A DNA stretch of 64,000 nt from Callorhinchus milii. Its lineage: Eukaryota. The stretch is taken from contig NW_024704742.1 in the NCBI RefSeq assembly GCF_018977255.1, forward strand, positions 15,750,001-15,814,000, given 5' to 3'. Every line of letters starts with the position of its first letter. Position 1 is the first letter of the stretch. Of the stretch, positions 50,491 to 63,465 are shown in pieces. The position numbers and the translations under genes were made by a program. Below the pieces are notes generated by a model. It ran no database searches. It worked only from the letters and a program-made list of their open reading frames with translations, and was not told where the DNA came from.

Positions 50491-51589
50491 CTAAAATTGC
50501 AAACAGAAAGATATCATGATCTCCTGTGGTAAAAAAATAACTATATATTGTACCATCTCTGAAAGTCTTGGATTCTTTGCCATTTTACTCGAATATCTGA
50601 GGCTGAACAGATTGAATTAAATAAATTCAAATGGCTGCCTCAGATTAGTGCTCACCCTGATTAATAGATATTTCCATGTGTAAGCAGTCAGCTCATCTGT
50701 TATGCTCCTACCTCTCCTGACCAGATAGGTTCAGTCAAGGGCATGTGTTCTGCGACGCTACCCTGCGTGATGGGCGCTATATAAATGCAGCTTATTGTTG
50801 TGGTTACGTAAGGTCCACTGGTTGGTCCTGTGAGCTAAGTCTTCTGGATTGCCTTATAATGGCCTGTCATTTTCATAGGTGCACTGTTTCTTAGCCAGCC
50901 CAATATAAATATATCAATTACATTTGCTTTGAAAAAATAAATTTTCTATAGGCGCCAATGTATCTGGAAAAGGAAAAGCAACAGTTTTGACTTATTTTCC
51001 TTTCATTTTGTTTACACACCATGTATGCTGGATTTTATTTCCTTCATGTCTAAATGGTGATTTCCTATTGGCGATAGTGTGCAATGTTTGTGGTGCATCA
51101 CTATGGAAATATGAAGAAATATTAAATTGTCATGAGCGTGTCTTGTGCGGAATTCCTTATCTTCTCTCCTTTTCCTTTTAGTGCCCCCAGTGCACTGAGA
51201 TAAATCAGTCCTTATTGAAGCAGTAATAAAAAAAATCATTCACTCCATGGCTGTTTGTGGGATATTGCTGTATGCAAATTAGTTGTCACATTTATTGCCA
51301 TGTCCAGAAAACTCTATGAAGCATTTTGAGATGTTTCAACAGGGTAAAGCACTACTGTACATCAAATCCAAGGATTATTATTTATAAATGTACTGAAACT
51401 TGAAATACCAACTTCTGGATAATAATACTAATTACTTTTTACAGTGCAGAATATGGAACACCTCATTGTGTGCAGCAGGATATCAGGTTTATAATTGCAA
51501 AGAGCAATTTCAGGATAAGCACCAAAAATTATTGACTTACCCAAAGGGTAATTGACAATTGAAATTTATTACTATGAAGAGTGTTTGAG

Positions 51590-52110
51590 GCCCGGACACT
51601 ATATGTATCTAGAAAAACAGCTAGATGCTGTGATGTGAAGATTACTTTGAGTTGGAGAAAGTAAAAGGTGATCCAGGATTTAGCATCTGACAGACAGACA
51701 GTCAGAACAGCACTTGACCCCGGGTTGAGGATGGAGGCAGAAAGGTAGCTATGGATGTGAATCATATATATACATAAATGCAAGGATTATTATTATTATT
51801 ATATGAAAGTTGAGTCATTTCCTGCAGGTAATGTCACAAAAGGAGAGCAAATAAATGAGGAACAGAGAGTTCTGAGGATAGAACCCTGGGGAAGTTACAC
51901 GTAACTCTGACGGATAAAAATAAAACCAAGTCTAGAGCAGTGGAGATGCAACAAGGAGGAGAGATGGTTGCAGAGGATGGAGTGGTCAACAGTGTTGAAG
52001 ATGGTGGAGAGAGCAAGGATGACAAGGAAGCACAGCAGCCCTAATCACAGATAGAGAGGATGCCGTTTGTGAGTCTGATCAGGATTGTCTCAGTTCTGTG
52101 GAAGCCATTT
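51590..52110 (-). mobile_element. Old L2 RT-domain fragment with a SINE tail inserted at about 51770-51805
   Basis: GATAGAACCCTGGGG (PQGSIL on the minus strand) and GTGGTCAACAGTGTTGAAG (FNTVDH). Confidence 0.7.
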
Positions 52111-52139
52111 TGGAAGAACTCATACAGGGAGTGGTGGTA

Positions 52140-52498
52140 GAGGATAGAGTGAAGAAATAGAGAAGATGTTTCCATTTGTGGAGGAGACTAAAACCAGGGG
52201 CCGTATATATAGTATAGTCACTAATAAATCAAATACTGAAGTCAGAAGAAACTCCTTTACCCAGAAAGTGGTGGGAATGTGGAACTTGCTACCACAAAGG
52301 GTAGTTGAGACAAATAGCATGGATGCATTTAAGGGAAAGCTAGTTAAGTACATGAGGGAGAAAGGAATGGAAGGTTATGCTGATAAGCTCAGTTGAGGAA
52401 GGGCAGGAGGAGGCTCATGTGGAGCATAAACACCGACATAGACCAGTTGGGCTGAATGGCCTGTTTCTGTACTGTATATTCTATGTAATTCTATGTAA
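52140..52498 (+). mobile_element. CR1 3' fragment
   Basis: ORF 52166..52396 FTQKVVGMWNLLP..FKGKL; tail (ATTCTATGTA)2. Confidence 0.92.
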
Positions 52499-52723
52499 CA
52501 AAAATACCAGCTTTTAGAATTAAAATTTAATGGCAAGCATTTGCTATCAAAAGCTGCCAAGGATAGAATGGGTAGAAATGAGTAAAAATTGAAACACAGA
52601 AAAGCAGGAATGAGCGTAGGCCATTCAGCTAGGAATAGACTTCTCCAGCCTGTGCCAGAAATGTTATTTAAATCACAGCAGATCTGTGAATCCCATTTCA
52701 CTGCCTTTTCTTCCCTTAATTTT

Positions 52724-53033
52724 AGTCCTGTAGCTCAGTGGTTAGAGCATTTGTCTTGCAAGCGAGACACCTGGGTTCAATTTCAGGCAGGGTGAAACCT
52801 TGGGCAAGTTTCCTTACTCCACACGCCTGATAATAATCCCGCCCAAACAAAACAATAATAAATTGGTCATTTTCAATCCACGACTGTTTGTGGGACACTG
52901 CTGTGCGCAATTGGCTGCAGCGTTTCGCCCACAAATATACAGTCAATTCACTTTACAGTATATTCTGTGAAGCGCATTGAGGCGTCGAGAAGACGTGAAA
53001 AGCGCTATATCAAATGCAAGGATTATTATTATT
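52724..53033 (+). mobile_element. Young tRNA-Ala SINE, full length
   Basis: AGTCCTGTAGCTCAGTGGTTAGAGC head; tail loop GAGAA. Confidence 0.92.
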
Positions 53034-53149
53034 AATATCTTTATTTCCCAGGTATTTAAATGCTGACTCAGTTATAACGCAATTTTGGGGATTTATAAAT
53101 TCACATATCACATAATGCTAAAAAATGGATACTAGTCAGTGCTTCCAGG

Positions 53150-53815
53150 TCATCAGGTCACTTGCATCACTTTCTGTGTGTTGTGTACATGTAAGTTGAG
53201 CATAGTGACTCAGGAAGTGTACCATGTCTGCCTCCACCACTACCTCTCCCCATGGGCTACCAAGACCCAGACATTCATCATGTCCTGGACTGACGATGCC
53301 AACATTCTGCTCCCTGTTCCCAACTCTTCCCTCTCTTCCCTCCACAAGCTGTAGACTATTCAGAACAATGCAGCCCATGGCCTTTCTCGCACTAGGCTCT
53401 GCGAGCCAATCAGACCCATTCTTGCCTGGCTGTGCTGGCTTCCATCTCCCAGAAAATCAAGCAAGATCCTGGTCCTCATCTTCAAATCCCTTCTTGGTTG
53501 AACTCCACCGACCATCTCTAATAAAACCATCTGGACTACTCTGTTCACTAAATTGCCACCAGCCTGCTTCATGATCCTGCCCTACCTGCCTCACCATTGG
53601 CAGTCAGGCTTTCAGCCTATCTGCCCAACTCTCTGGAATCGTTTCAAGAGCGAGTCTCTTCAACTTGCCCCTGCCCTCAGGTCTTTCAAGTCTGCCTTTT
53701 GTCATCTTTCTCCTATCTTCTCAAACCCCTCGGCTCCCACCCCTGGCTCAGGTGCTAAGTCAAGTGGCTTGGAACATCCTCCTGATATGAAAGATGCTAT
53801 ATCAATGTAAATTTG
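53150..53815 (+). mobile_element. Old L2 3' portion
   Basis: SLSSLHKL, CTCTGGAATC and degenerate tail GGAACATCCTCCTGATATGAAAGATGCTATATC; collinear with 1-710. Confidence 0.75.
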
Positions 53816-55562
53816 TACTATATTTTATTGCATAGTGTCTATGGTGACAGAAAGTTCACAGAATAACACATAAGAATCATTCTAGGTCCCGGATCAGCTC
53901 ATCAGTAACTCCTCCGTTTCTCTTTTTATCCTTTGATCATTCCCTAGCCTGGCACTTGAGACAGTGAAATCATCCCACAAACAATGAACTGATATCATTT
54001 ATGCAGAATCAATAATTTACATAAACCCAGTGGCAGAATTATAAATACTTAGTGAAATTGGTATGCAACATACTGTTCAATGTTTTAAGTGCATTTAACA
54101 GTTTCAAATCATTTCTTTTACATGAAAGCTGATCTGCAAATGTTGCAAACAACTGAAGAAAACTGATGAAAAAAGCAGTGTGCAAATTGACATTCACCCA
54201 CAAAACAGTCACTCCACTTTACAGTATCTTGTGAAGTGCTTTGAGATGTTCTCTGAACAGAGAGAGCATGTCAACACATTTCTACCTTGAGAACTGAACC
54301 ACTCCCTGATGCCCACATGCTGGCCGCCAGGAGGAGGAGAAAACGGATCGCTTAGAGGCGGATCTATCATGTAAGCTTTGAGATAAGTGCATTTTGTGAT
54401 GAAAAAATTTACATGGTATTTACATCCGCTTCCAAGCAATTCGATCCAGCTATTCAATTGTTTGGGAACCCGAAGGACAATTAGGTACAATTTGTGTGGC
54501 AATGTTGCTCTTGCATCATGATGCAAGTGAACAAATAGCAATATAAAAATGATAACCCTCAGGAAGGGGAAACCTTCAGATCAAACAACAGCTGAAACTT
54601 ACATGGAGGGGGAGACAGGGCAGGTTAAACATAGAGACAGATGGAGTCCCTTAGCCAAAGTTAATGAAAGACTAGAGTCCAATTACTCGGCTTGATCAGT
54701 GATTTGTGCTCTCGGCTCCTTTGCTTAAGTGTAGACATTTTGACAGCAACAATTACAGGGCTTAAGACCAAATCAGAAGTGAGTGAACAACAGAGTTCAA
54801 ATATAGCGTAAATGCTAGAAAGTTGGAAGGAAATTGATGGCTAACTTTATTTGTGTAACAAAAGGTTGTTCTCGACAGACTCACACACAAACACACACAG
54901 AAAGTGAGAAACTGAGAGAGAGAAACTTGCAAACACAAAGTAAAGATATAAATCAGGCAGTGGGTCACTGCTTTTCTCAAGTTTTGTTGTATAACTTGTT
55001 TTAGAGGGAATAGGGTTGCAAGGGCCTTCTTATCCTGCTGTGAACAGGTATGATAACAGACATCATGTGAATAAATAGAAAGTGTGATAGAAGAAAGCTT
55101 GAAGATTAACTCCTGTAAATTATTTTGTGTGGAACATGTGCATCAAAGCAAAAGTATGCCCATCTAGATATCCAAGCAATCTTCCATAAAATCACAATTT
55201 ATTTCTCATGAATTAGCCTTGTGGTTCGAGCTTTTTCTGTTTCACAACTCACTTTAGTAATGGGCATTCAGCCAGAAACGGCTCCTGAATCATACCTTTC
55301 AATTGCCAGGAAGACTTACCTTGGACAGTTGAGCAATCTAGGAGCTGTCTCAGAGACATTCAAAGAAATTGACAATTGCTCTGTTTCTGGTTTTAAGACA
55401 CTTTCACTTGACCTTGTACCTGTCCTTTAAAAATCAGTTATTACTATGCAGTTTGATGTACACATCACTTTGCTGGAATCTACCTACTGACAATTTAAGC
55501 AAAAATAACCAATTACTGTTCCCATAATATCAGTGTCTTCTTTGTATTTGTATATAATTTTT

Positions 55563-55980
55563 CAGATAGTTTTCTTTTCCCCCTATGATGTGCAAATGAA
55601 TGCTCTTCAGCAGAAGAAAATGTAATCAGGATCTCTGTGTGGAATTTTTGAGACACAGATACACTGCAATGAGAAGTGAGATAGCTGTTGTGGCAGATCG
55701 AAAAAAATCTGTTTTTGATCAGCCGAGTGTTTGACAAGTGCGGAATCCCATCACCATGCTTAAGATTACCCAAAGTCTCAGTTTGGTTTGCATACTCTTA
55801 GGCATGGTGATGGACTTCCACATGTTTCAGACACCGAGCTCTCTGAAAAATTAGATAGAGGTTTTTCTCCTCTATAATGTTCAAGTGAACGCTCCTCAGC
55901 AGAAGAAAATTTAATCAGGACTTCTACATGGAATATTTTCAGACAAGGATGCACTGTAATAAGTAAGTACATAGCTGTTT
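55563..55980. repeat. Diverged direct repeats of about 125 bp (55563-55690, 55851-55980) flanking a diverged inverted pair of about 55 bp (55720-55773 / 55787-55840)
   Basis: Shared TCAGCAGAAGAAAAT.TAATCAGGA..TGGAAT..CACTG.AAT..ATAGCTGTT; CCATCACCATGCTTAAGA versus TCTTAGGCATGGTGATGG. Confidence 0.8.
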
Positions 55981-56904
55981 TTAAGGTTTATGTGTTGTTT
56001 CTGTTTTAGTTGGACCCTATATTGAAGCTTGTTAATCTAAAGGCATTATGCAGAAGATTTTTTTACTTTGTCAGAAGTGGCAGAGGATGTGAAACATTTA
56101 GTCAATTTTTTTCTTTCAAGAATTAGGTTCAAAATGCTAATTTTAAACAAGACGGTGCCAGCAGAAACAATCTGTGAATACATCCACCTCAAAAGATATT
56201 TTTAAATTCACTGATGTTGATGAAGTTAGAGTAGTTTTTTGTGAATGAAAACAGAAGCACGTAATGTTACTTGCAATGAATCAACACCTAATCTGCACCA
56301 CCAATGCCCAATAACAACAAGGAAATGAATGACCATCTAATGTATATTGCACCAGTGTGACCACAGAATATTTTATCTAGACAGATATGCACAGAAATAG
56401 ATTGATCTTATAAATCACAGTTTATTATCATGTGGGAGTTGGAGGTGTGGAGAGGGAGAGAAACCTCAGAAACCCCCAGGTTCAAACAATCAGGTAACGT
56501 AACAATCCTGGGCGGGGCGGTGGGTGGGGCCTGCAGATCTGTATTTTATGTGTCAATGGCCAACAACCCCTTACAATTCACTACGGTTCCCATCCAATAC
56601 CAAGTAGTATCATCTTAATCGTCAAAATATCCCAAATCCAAACTCTCAGGTATATTGCAAAGCGCTCTCTGAAGTGTCTCATTGCTTAGTTGATCACCAC
56701 ATTGCCATCGTCACCAGAGTATTTTTGGTGAAATAGGGAGGATGGGGGTGCGGTGGGGGATGTGGGATGGAGAATATTATTTAGGACATTGGGAGAATTC
56801 CATGCTCTGCTCTGTAATGTTATTCCTTCTATCATGGTGGGGAGCTGTTTGGGTTGGGATTGTTCGATTGGGACAAACCTTCTTCACTGATTGGTTTTTG
56901 GCTT

Positions 56905-57200
56905 CTACTCTTATTCCAGGACTTTGAACCCACATGGTCTAGGCTGACACTCCAATCCAGTGCTGGGGGTGTATTGTATTGTCAGAGTGCCATCCTTCAG
57001 ATGGGACATTAAACCAAGATTCCGTATGCCTGTTCAGGTGAACATTAAAGATCCCATGGCAGTAATTGAAAAGAGAACAAGTTTCTTCCGGATTCCTAGC
57101 CACCAATCCCCTAAATAAAATTGATCATTTGCTTCATAGCTGTTGCAAGGCATTGCTGTGCACAAAATGGGCCATCCCATTCACCTACAGAATTCACAGT
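56905..57200 (+). mobile_element. Deu-domain SINE
   Basis: CTAGGCTGACACTCCAA...CTTCAGATGGGACATTAAACCAAG...GCCTGTTCAGGTGAACATTAAAGATCCCATGGCA. Confidence 0.82.
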
Positions 57201-57565
57201 CAAATACAGTGGGGTTAGAAATCAAACTCCATAATATTTAACTACCAGTTTACTTATGGCCCATTTTATGAGACTAGCAACCATTATATTTTACTGGTGG
57301 CTGGTTCTCTCCCCTGGCCAGTCCAACTGTTTTATGTAGAGGGGAAATCTTCCAGGCACGATAATTTCATTCTTTTTCCCTGTTGTAGTCAAGATTGTCT
57401 GCGGTTGTCGAAATTGGTGATCTTGAGTACTGACAAAAGTTAAACCAACCTCCCTCGGTGATGAATATGCTGTTGTGGGCTTCACTTTTCTTTCAGTACC
57501 ATGCTGTGACATCTTTAAAAGTGATGGACCCAGCCACCTACTGAACTCACTCTGCAAATCCTTCA

Positions 57566-58425
57566 CAACAACAACAATAACAACAAGATTTCATTTATAG
57601 AGCGCCTTTCACGTCAGGAGGACGTCCCAAGGCACTGGACAGTTGGGTCGGGAGCAGAGGGGATATGGTCAGGGTGAGGGGAGGGAAGGGAGGGAGTGAG
57701 GAGGTGGTAGAGAGTCGAGAGGGGAGCTGAAGGCACGGTCAAAGAGAAAGGTCTTGAGACTGGCCTTGAAGGAGGAAAGGGAGGAGGCGGCGAAGGCACT
57801 GGGGGATGGAGTTCCAGAGCCTAGGTGCTGAGAGGCTGAAAGCCCGGCCACCGATGGTAGGGCGGTTAGGGCAGGGGATGTGGAGCAGACTGGAGCCAGA
57901 GGAACGGAGGGTACGGGCAGGTAAATAGGGGGATAGTAGGTCGAGAGGTAGGAGGGAGCAAGGCTGTGAATGGCCTTGTAGGTGAGGATCTTGAATTCGA
58001 TCCTCTGGGGGATGGGAAGCCAATGGAGGCGAGCGAAGGTGGGAGTGATGTGGTCCCGAAGCCTGGTGCGGGACAGTACACGAGCTGCAGAGTTCTGAAT
58101 GACCTGCAGCTTGTGGAGGGAGATGCCGGGAAGGCCGGCGAGGAGAGAGTTCCCATAGAACTTGAGGTGATAAAGGTGTGGACCAGTGTTTCAGCAGCGT
58201 GAGGGGTGAGGTAGTGCCATAGTCTGGCGATATTCCAGAGGTTGTGGAAGGCATTGCCAGTTGTGGCGTGGATATGAGGAAGAAGGGACAGCTCAGGGTC
58301 GAACAGAACGCCGAGGTTCCTGATCGGCTTTGAGAGGTGGAGACTGCAACCTTGGATGCTGATGCTGTCAGCACCTGAGGTGCAGAGGCGCTGACGTGAG
58401 CCAATCAAGGAAGTACATGGAGGAT
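57566..58425 (-). mobile_element. Young 5'-truncated L2
   Basis: ORF 57866..58408 IRNLGVLFDPELS..LWNIARL..LVHTFITS; ORF 57739..58404 GRAFSLSAPRLWNSIP; intact stem-loop and (TTG)n tail. Confidence 0.95.
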
Positions 58426-59084
58426 TCCCTCTCCCTTATATTGTTAAGACTCAAGGATTCCAGATGATAGAGTTTCTCCAAGGGAGCGTTTCAGAAGCCA
58501 ACAGGGATCTCCCCAAAACAGGACAGCATTTGTTTAAGTTATGGAAAGGTGTATGGGAATCTTTTATTAGTGAAGCAACTTTCCAATCCTTATTCACCTA
58601 ATATGAACATAATACTTCACTATCTCAGTAGTATACCATACCCAATGGATTGAAAAATTTAATGCTTAATAACAGATTCAACTGTGTATTACATAGTATT
58701 GAGCTTGTTCTGAAACTATTATTTTTTCACCCCAATATGTTGTTGCTTATTTTTAAGACCTGCTCCCAATAGTACTTCACATATATTGATCATTATTATC
58801 TATTTCTCATAACTCCTGTGAAGTCAATTTAGACTGTGTCAAATCCATATCAGTGGGTGATTTATTAAGCATTGAGCTATTTTTTCCTTGTTATAGATTT
58901 ATACACAAAAACTGGAAAATGACAATTGGTCCATACCAGTCCACATTGCTCTAGCCTCTCCACATCTTTTGGCCTCAATCCCTCTCACACATGCTTTCTG
59001 TGCTTTTCACAGTGCAGTTGAAGAGAAGTAGAGAAGATTCACATTACATTATTCTTCAAGGGCAAACCATATTTAGCAGAGATA

Positions 59085-59200
59085 TAATAATAATAATAAT
59101 CCTTGCATTTGATATAGTGCCTTACCACGTCTTTGACACGTCTCAAAGTGCTTCACAATATATACTGTAAAGTGAATTGACTGTATATTTTGTGGGCCAA
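59085..59200 (-). mobile_element. SINE 3' fragment
   Basis: (TAA)n TCCTTGCATTTGATATAG...ACTGTAAAGTGAATTGACTGTATATTTTGTGGGC. Confidence 0.8.
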
Positions 59201-59409
59201 ACTAATCAGACAGAAGCAACTTGCCTAGAATTTCTGGTAACTTCTTAGATTGAAAAACTATGTGGAGTTGATAGAACCAATAATTTCTTGTTTAATAGCT
59301 ATGCTGTGATGCAGTTACGTTGCCTTGTGATTGCTACAGGCATTTCCTAACCCATCATATTTACTAGTCTCTCTGATTCCTTGCTGGACTCTTCTCTAAT
59401 CTTCTGTAA

Positions 59410-60095
59410 TGTTGCCTCAGAGTCAGAAAGTTGTGGGTTCAATCTCCAAGTCAAGACTTTCCTTGGCAGTCAAATTTTTAGCTTATCTACCTCCACCATC
59501 CGGAACTCCAGTCTAGAATCCATTCACCTCACCCCTTCTCTCACCTCCTTCAAGGTCTGTGGCCAGATATTGCTCCTTGACTGCTCCTTTGGTCATATTT
59601 TCCCCACACCAACTCTCCCAAATCCAACCACCAGCTTGGGTATAAACCCATTACTCTCCAGTGCCTCGGACGTCTTCCTGATGTGAAAGTTGCTATATGA
59701 ATGCAATTTGTTGTTATTGCTCAACTCACAGTCTAGGCTGACAGTCTAGCACAGTGCTGTGGATGCACTGAATTGTTAGAGGCCATATTTCAGATGAAGT
59801 GTTAAACTGAGATCCTATCTGCCTATTCAGATGGATGTTAAAGATCCCATGCCACGATACCATAATTCCAAAAGAGAAGGGAGCTTCTCCCGGTGTCCCG
59901 GCCAACAATCCATCCAGATAACATTGATCATTCACTTCATAGCTGTTTTTTTGTTATTTGCTGTATGCAAATTGGCTGTTGTGTTTCTCCTACAAAATAT
60001 AGTTACTACACTTTACAGTAAATCCTGTGAAGCTCTTTGAGATGTCCTCCCAATGTGAAAGACGTTATATCAAATGTAAGGATTATTATTTATTA
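59410..60095 (+). mobile_element. Deu-domain SINE interrupted by an L2 3' fragment (about 59460-59720, +)
   Basis: Head GCCTCAGAGTCAGAAAGTTGTGGGTTCAA, then L2 piece with tail, then TCTAGGCTGACA...AAAGATCCCATGCCAC...TTCTCCCGGTGTCCCGGCCAAC and (ATT)n. Confidence 0.8.
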
Positions 60096-60799
60096 TGATG
60101 TTGAAAAACTCTTGTTGTCTAAATGTCCCTCAACTATCTGTTTTCTGTTTGTACTCTTCCTCTCAATTGGGCTCGCCTCTTTTGTGGCTTCTTCCAAAAA
60201 ACAAATGCCTGTTTTTCAATAAAAAATGCAGTTTAGAAAAATCTATATCCATGAATATTTTATTTTAATCTTAACCTGTTTCGTTTTTTTCCACAAGACA
60301 ACCACAATGATACCACTGATGGTCCCCTGCTGATTATTGAAAAATCCCAAGAAATTCTATGCTGGCAGGAAATCCACTTGTGACACATCCTGTTGTCATG
60401 AAAATCTGTGTTGTGCATATTGCCAAAGTACCATATGCCAACCATACAGTGAAATATGCTGCACAAAACAACCATTTCCAGCACACAGGGATACATAATT
60501 AAACTCCCAGTTTGGCAATGTCAATATGGGATTAATGGACTAAGACAAAATACACAACTCTATGGAATTAGTGTTAATTATAATCCTGCTGTTTTTGTTT
60601 TTCTCTATTTATGTTTCTTTTCTGACACTTACTGGAGTGTCAATGTGATTAGGTTGGCAGTAATCTCACCTCTGAGTCACGTTGGTTGTAGGTTCAAACC
60701 CCATGTTGGGACATGAAACTCATAGTCTCAGCTAACATGGTACTATATTATTTATAGTCATTACACTTTGTGGAAACCTTTTTTTTAAAATGATGATTC

Positions 60800-61225
60800 A
60801 CCATTTGATATGGACTCTTTCATATTGGGAGGACGCCTCAATGCACTTCACAGAATTCGCTGAAAATGCACTGACTCCGTAGACAAACATGGCAGTCAAT
60901 CTGTGCACAGCAATGGCCCACAAATGCCATGAAGTGAATGATTGATTTTATTAGGAGATTGTTGGCCAGGACACCAGAAGAAATTCCCTTCTCTCAAATA
61001 GTGCCATGGGATCTTTAACTTCCACCTAAACAGCGGACAAACGGACAGACAGGATCTTTGTTTAACATTTCACTGGAAGGATGACATTTCCAACAATGCA
61101 GCACATTCTGAGCACTGAACTGGATTCTCAGTCTGGATTGTGAGTTCAAAGATCCGAGGTGGAGCTTAAACTCCCAACTTTCTGACTCAGAGGCTAGCGT
61201 GTTACCAACTGAGCCATGCTGACAG
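60800..61225 (-). mobile_element. Deu-domain SINE, full length; a + strand head fragment lies at about 60655-60740
   Basis: GTTGGCCAGGACACCAG...AATAGTGCCATGGGATCTTTAAC...TTCTGACTCAGAGGC...TACCAACTGAGCCA. Confidence 0.82.
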
Positions 61226-62171
61226 CATCAAATTTTAAACATATATGCATACCAGGCTGACAATTTTTGATGTTGTAAAGAGCTATATCAATTGTAAGGA
61301 TTATTATTATTTAAATTGCAAATAGATATTTAAATCTAACTGAACTCCGTTGGACAATTTTATTGTGTGCTTAAAATATTTACTTTTAATTTCTAGTATA
61401 TTTTCATTATGGTTGGACATTTAAAAGTTAATTATTTACTTAGCTTGTATCATAATTCTGCTTTTCCCCCATTTGACCTGCTCTTTTAGAAAGGATTAAT
61501 TATTTTCTTCCTAATAGATTACCTACTGTGTAATTAACATACACTTTGCGCATGTGAGGGTGAAGCTTCTGGCAGCAGAGAATACCAACAGGTTTTCTAA
61601 TTTTACCCGTGGAGACCTAATGGTAAACCAGGACAAACTCATTTCAGAAATCATAAGGACATAATGTCTTAGGTATTATATCTCGGAGTGCTCTATAGGG
61701 ATAACATTGGATGATGATCAAGAGAGGAGGGGGGAGTGGCTGTAGACAGGGTCACATTGGTGTCTGCCAGGCAAATCAAACAGAACATCAGTGGACCTGG
61801 AATTAAGCGTGGAAGTGGTAAAGTGGATTGCCGTGTCATCCGCCTACCTTTACCAATTGTTTACCCGTTGTTTGTGGATGATATCAGCAAAGGGTGCAGT
61901 TATTTTCCGTTATCAATGAAGCATATCCCAGTCAAATTTATTCATGTAAAGTGAACTTGAAAAGATTCAAGTGGACCTAAATTCATTTTTTAATTTGGAT
62001 CGGACCATTTATATATTTATAAGAAAATTTGGTGTTTATTTTCAAGATCTAATCTCTGTAACTGAACCTGTCTGTTGTCAAGCGCTTTGGGCCACTACCC
62101 AGCGTGAAGGGCACTATATTGTTGGAACTAAGCTGTTGTTGTTATTGTATCTGTCTGTGCAGGAATAGAAG

Positions 62172-62520
62172 AGTCTAGGCTGACATTTCAATGCCACGCT
62201 GGGTATGTGCTGAATTGTTGGAGGTGCCGTCCTTCAGATGAAACATTAAACCAAGGTCCCATTTGCTTGTTCAGGTGGTCATTATAGATCGCATGGTACT
62301 ATTCATGAAGAGAAGTTCCTCCTGGTGCCCTGGCCAACAATCCCACATACGAAATGGGTCATTCACTTTGTGGCTGTTTGTGGGACATCGCTATGTGCAA
62401 ATTGGTTGTCACAATTACCTACAAAATACAGTCATTACACTTCACAGCAAATACTGTGAGCACATTGAGAGGCCATCTCTACATGAAAGGTTCCATATCA
62501 AATACTAGAATTATTATATC
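62172..62520 (+). mobile_element. Deu-domain SINE lacking its head, preceded by an L2 tail (about 62070-62150)
   Basis: TTGGAGGTGCCGTCCTTCAGATGAAACATTAAACCAAGG...CCTGGTGCCCTGGCCAAC. Confidence 0.8.
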
Positions 62521-63369
62521 TTGTTGGTCAGGGTAAACATAACCTCACCTGATTTGAAAGTAGTACTCTGTGGGAGAATAAATGTGTTCTGTACCTGGTT
62601 CAGTCACAATTCGAATCCAAAACAATTATCCTAAAAATATAATTGTTGCACATCTGTTCTGAGCAGATAAAAAACAATTCGCTCATCAGTCTTCTTGCTG
62701 TGGAATGTACATTATTGCTACATCATTGTAAAATAGCACTGACATTTCCAGTTACGGTTCACACGTCAATGGAAGATTATTACCTACACTATAAAATTTC
62801 AGAACCTCAAGCCATAAAAGCACTGTAACATTTAGGGTGCTCCTTTAATGCATTGAATACAGGTAGGAGAAATAAATGCATGGAGTGAGTAACAGGATGC
62901 CAAATAAATGGCAATTATTGCTTAATGCACCTATAATGATGTTCAACGGTGTTACCCTTATTATAGATGGTCACATGACAGCAGTGAATATCAACTGAGT
63001 CATGTGAATGTGCTCAGTCTTGTGTGCTAAAGTGAACAGAATTCTATGAGAAAGGAAGGTGTCCTAGAATGATATTCATAGATATTTACCAACAATTGAT
63101 TCACGAGTGCAATCTGATTCCAGATGTTTTAAACTGTGCTGGTTTGTTGCATTGAAATTAAACTATCAGAACTATAAAGAGTGCCAATACTGTAAATGGA
63201 TGAAATGCATTGGAGGTGGATAACAGAATTATAGCCATGTTTGGCAGAATTATAGCCATCTTTGCTCTGCCTTGTAACGGTTTTCAAGTAATTTTTACTC
63301 ATAATTCTTATTTTTTATCTTGGTGAATCGTAAAGTACTGTTCTGGATGTACTTTTCAAATCCCATTCA

Positions 63370-63465
63370 AAATGTTATACACCTGTATGAGATCCTCTCT
63401 GTAATGTCTTCTCTCAAGACTGAAGAGCCCTACCTTGTCTAATCATCTTAAGACTGAAGAGCCTC
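63370..63465 (-). mobile_element. Short old CR1 fragment
   Basis: TACACCTGTATGAGATCC...AAGACTGAAGAGCCCTA matches 31123-31180; AAGACTGAAGAGCC is locally duplicated. Confidence 0.6.

Noticed and set aside
56508..56532. GC boxes (GGGCGGGGCGG) as a promoter
   Set aside because: No CpG island or downstream exon is evident
57291..57566. 91-aa ORF and nearby polypyrimidine-AG sites
   Set aside because: No recognisable motif; all three + strand frames after the acceptor at about 57388 close quickly
58425..58575. Possible L1/Tx1 C-terminal relic (FKLWKGVWESFI)
   Set aside because: Too short and degenerate to support
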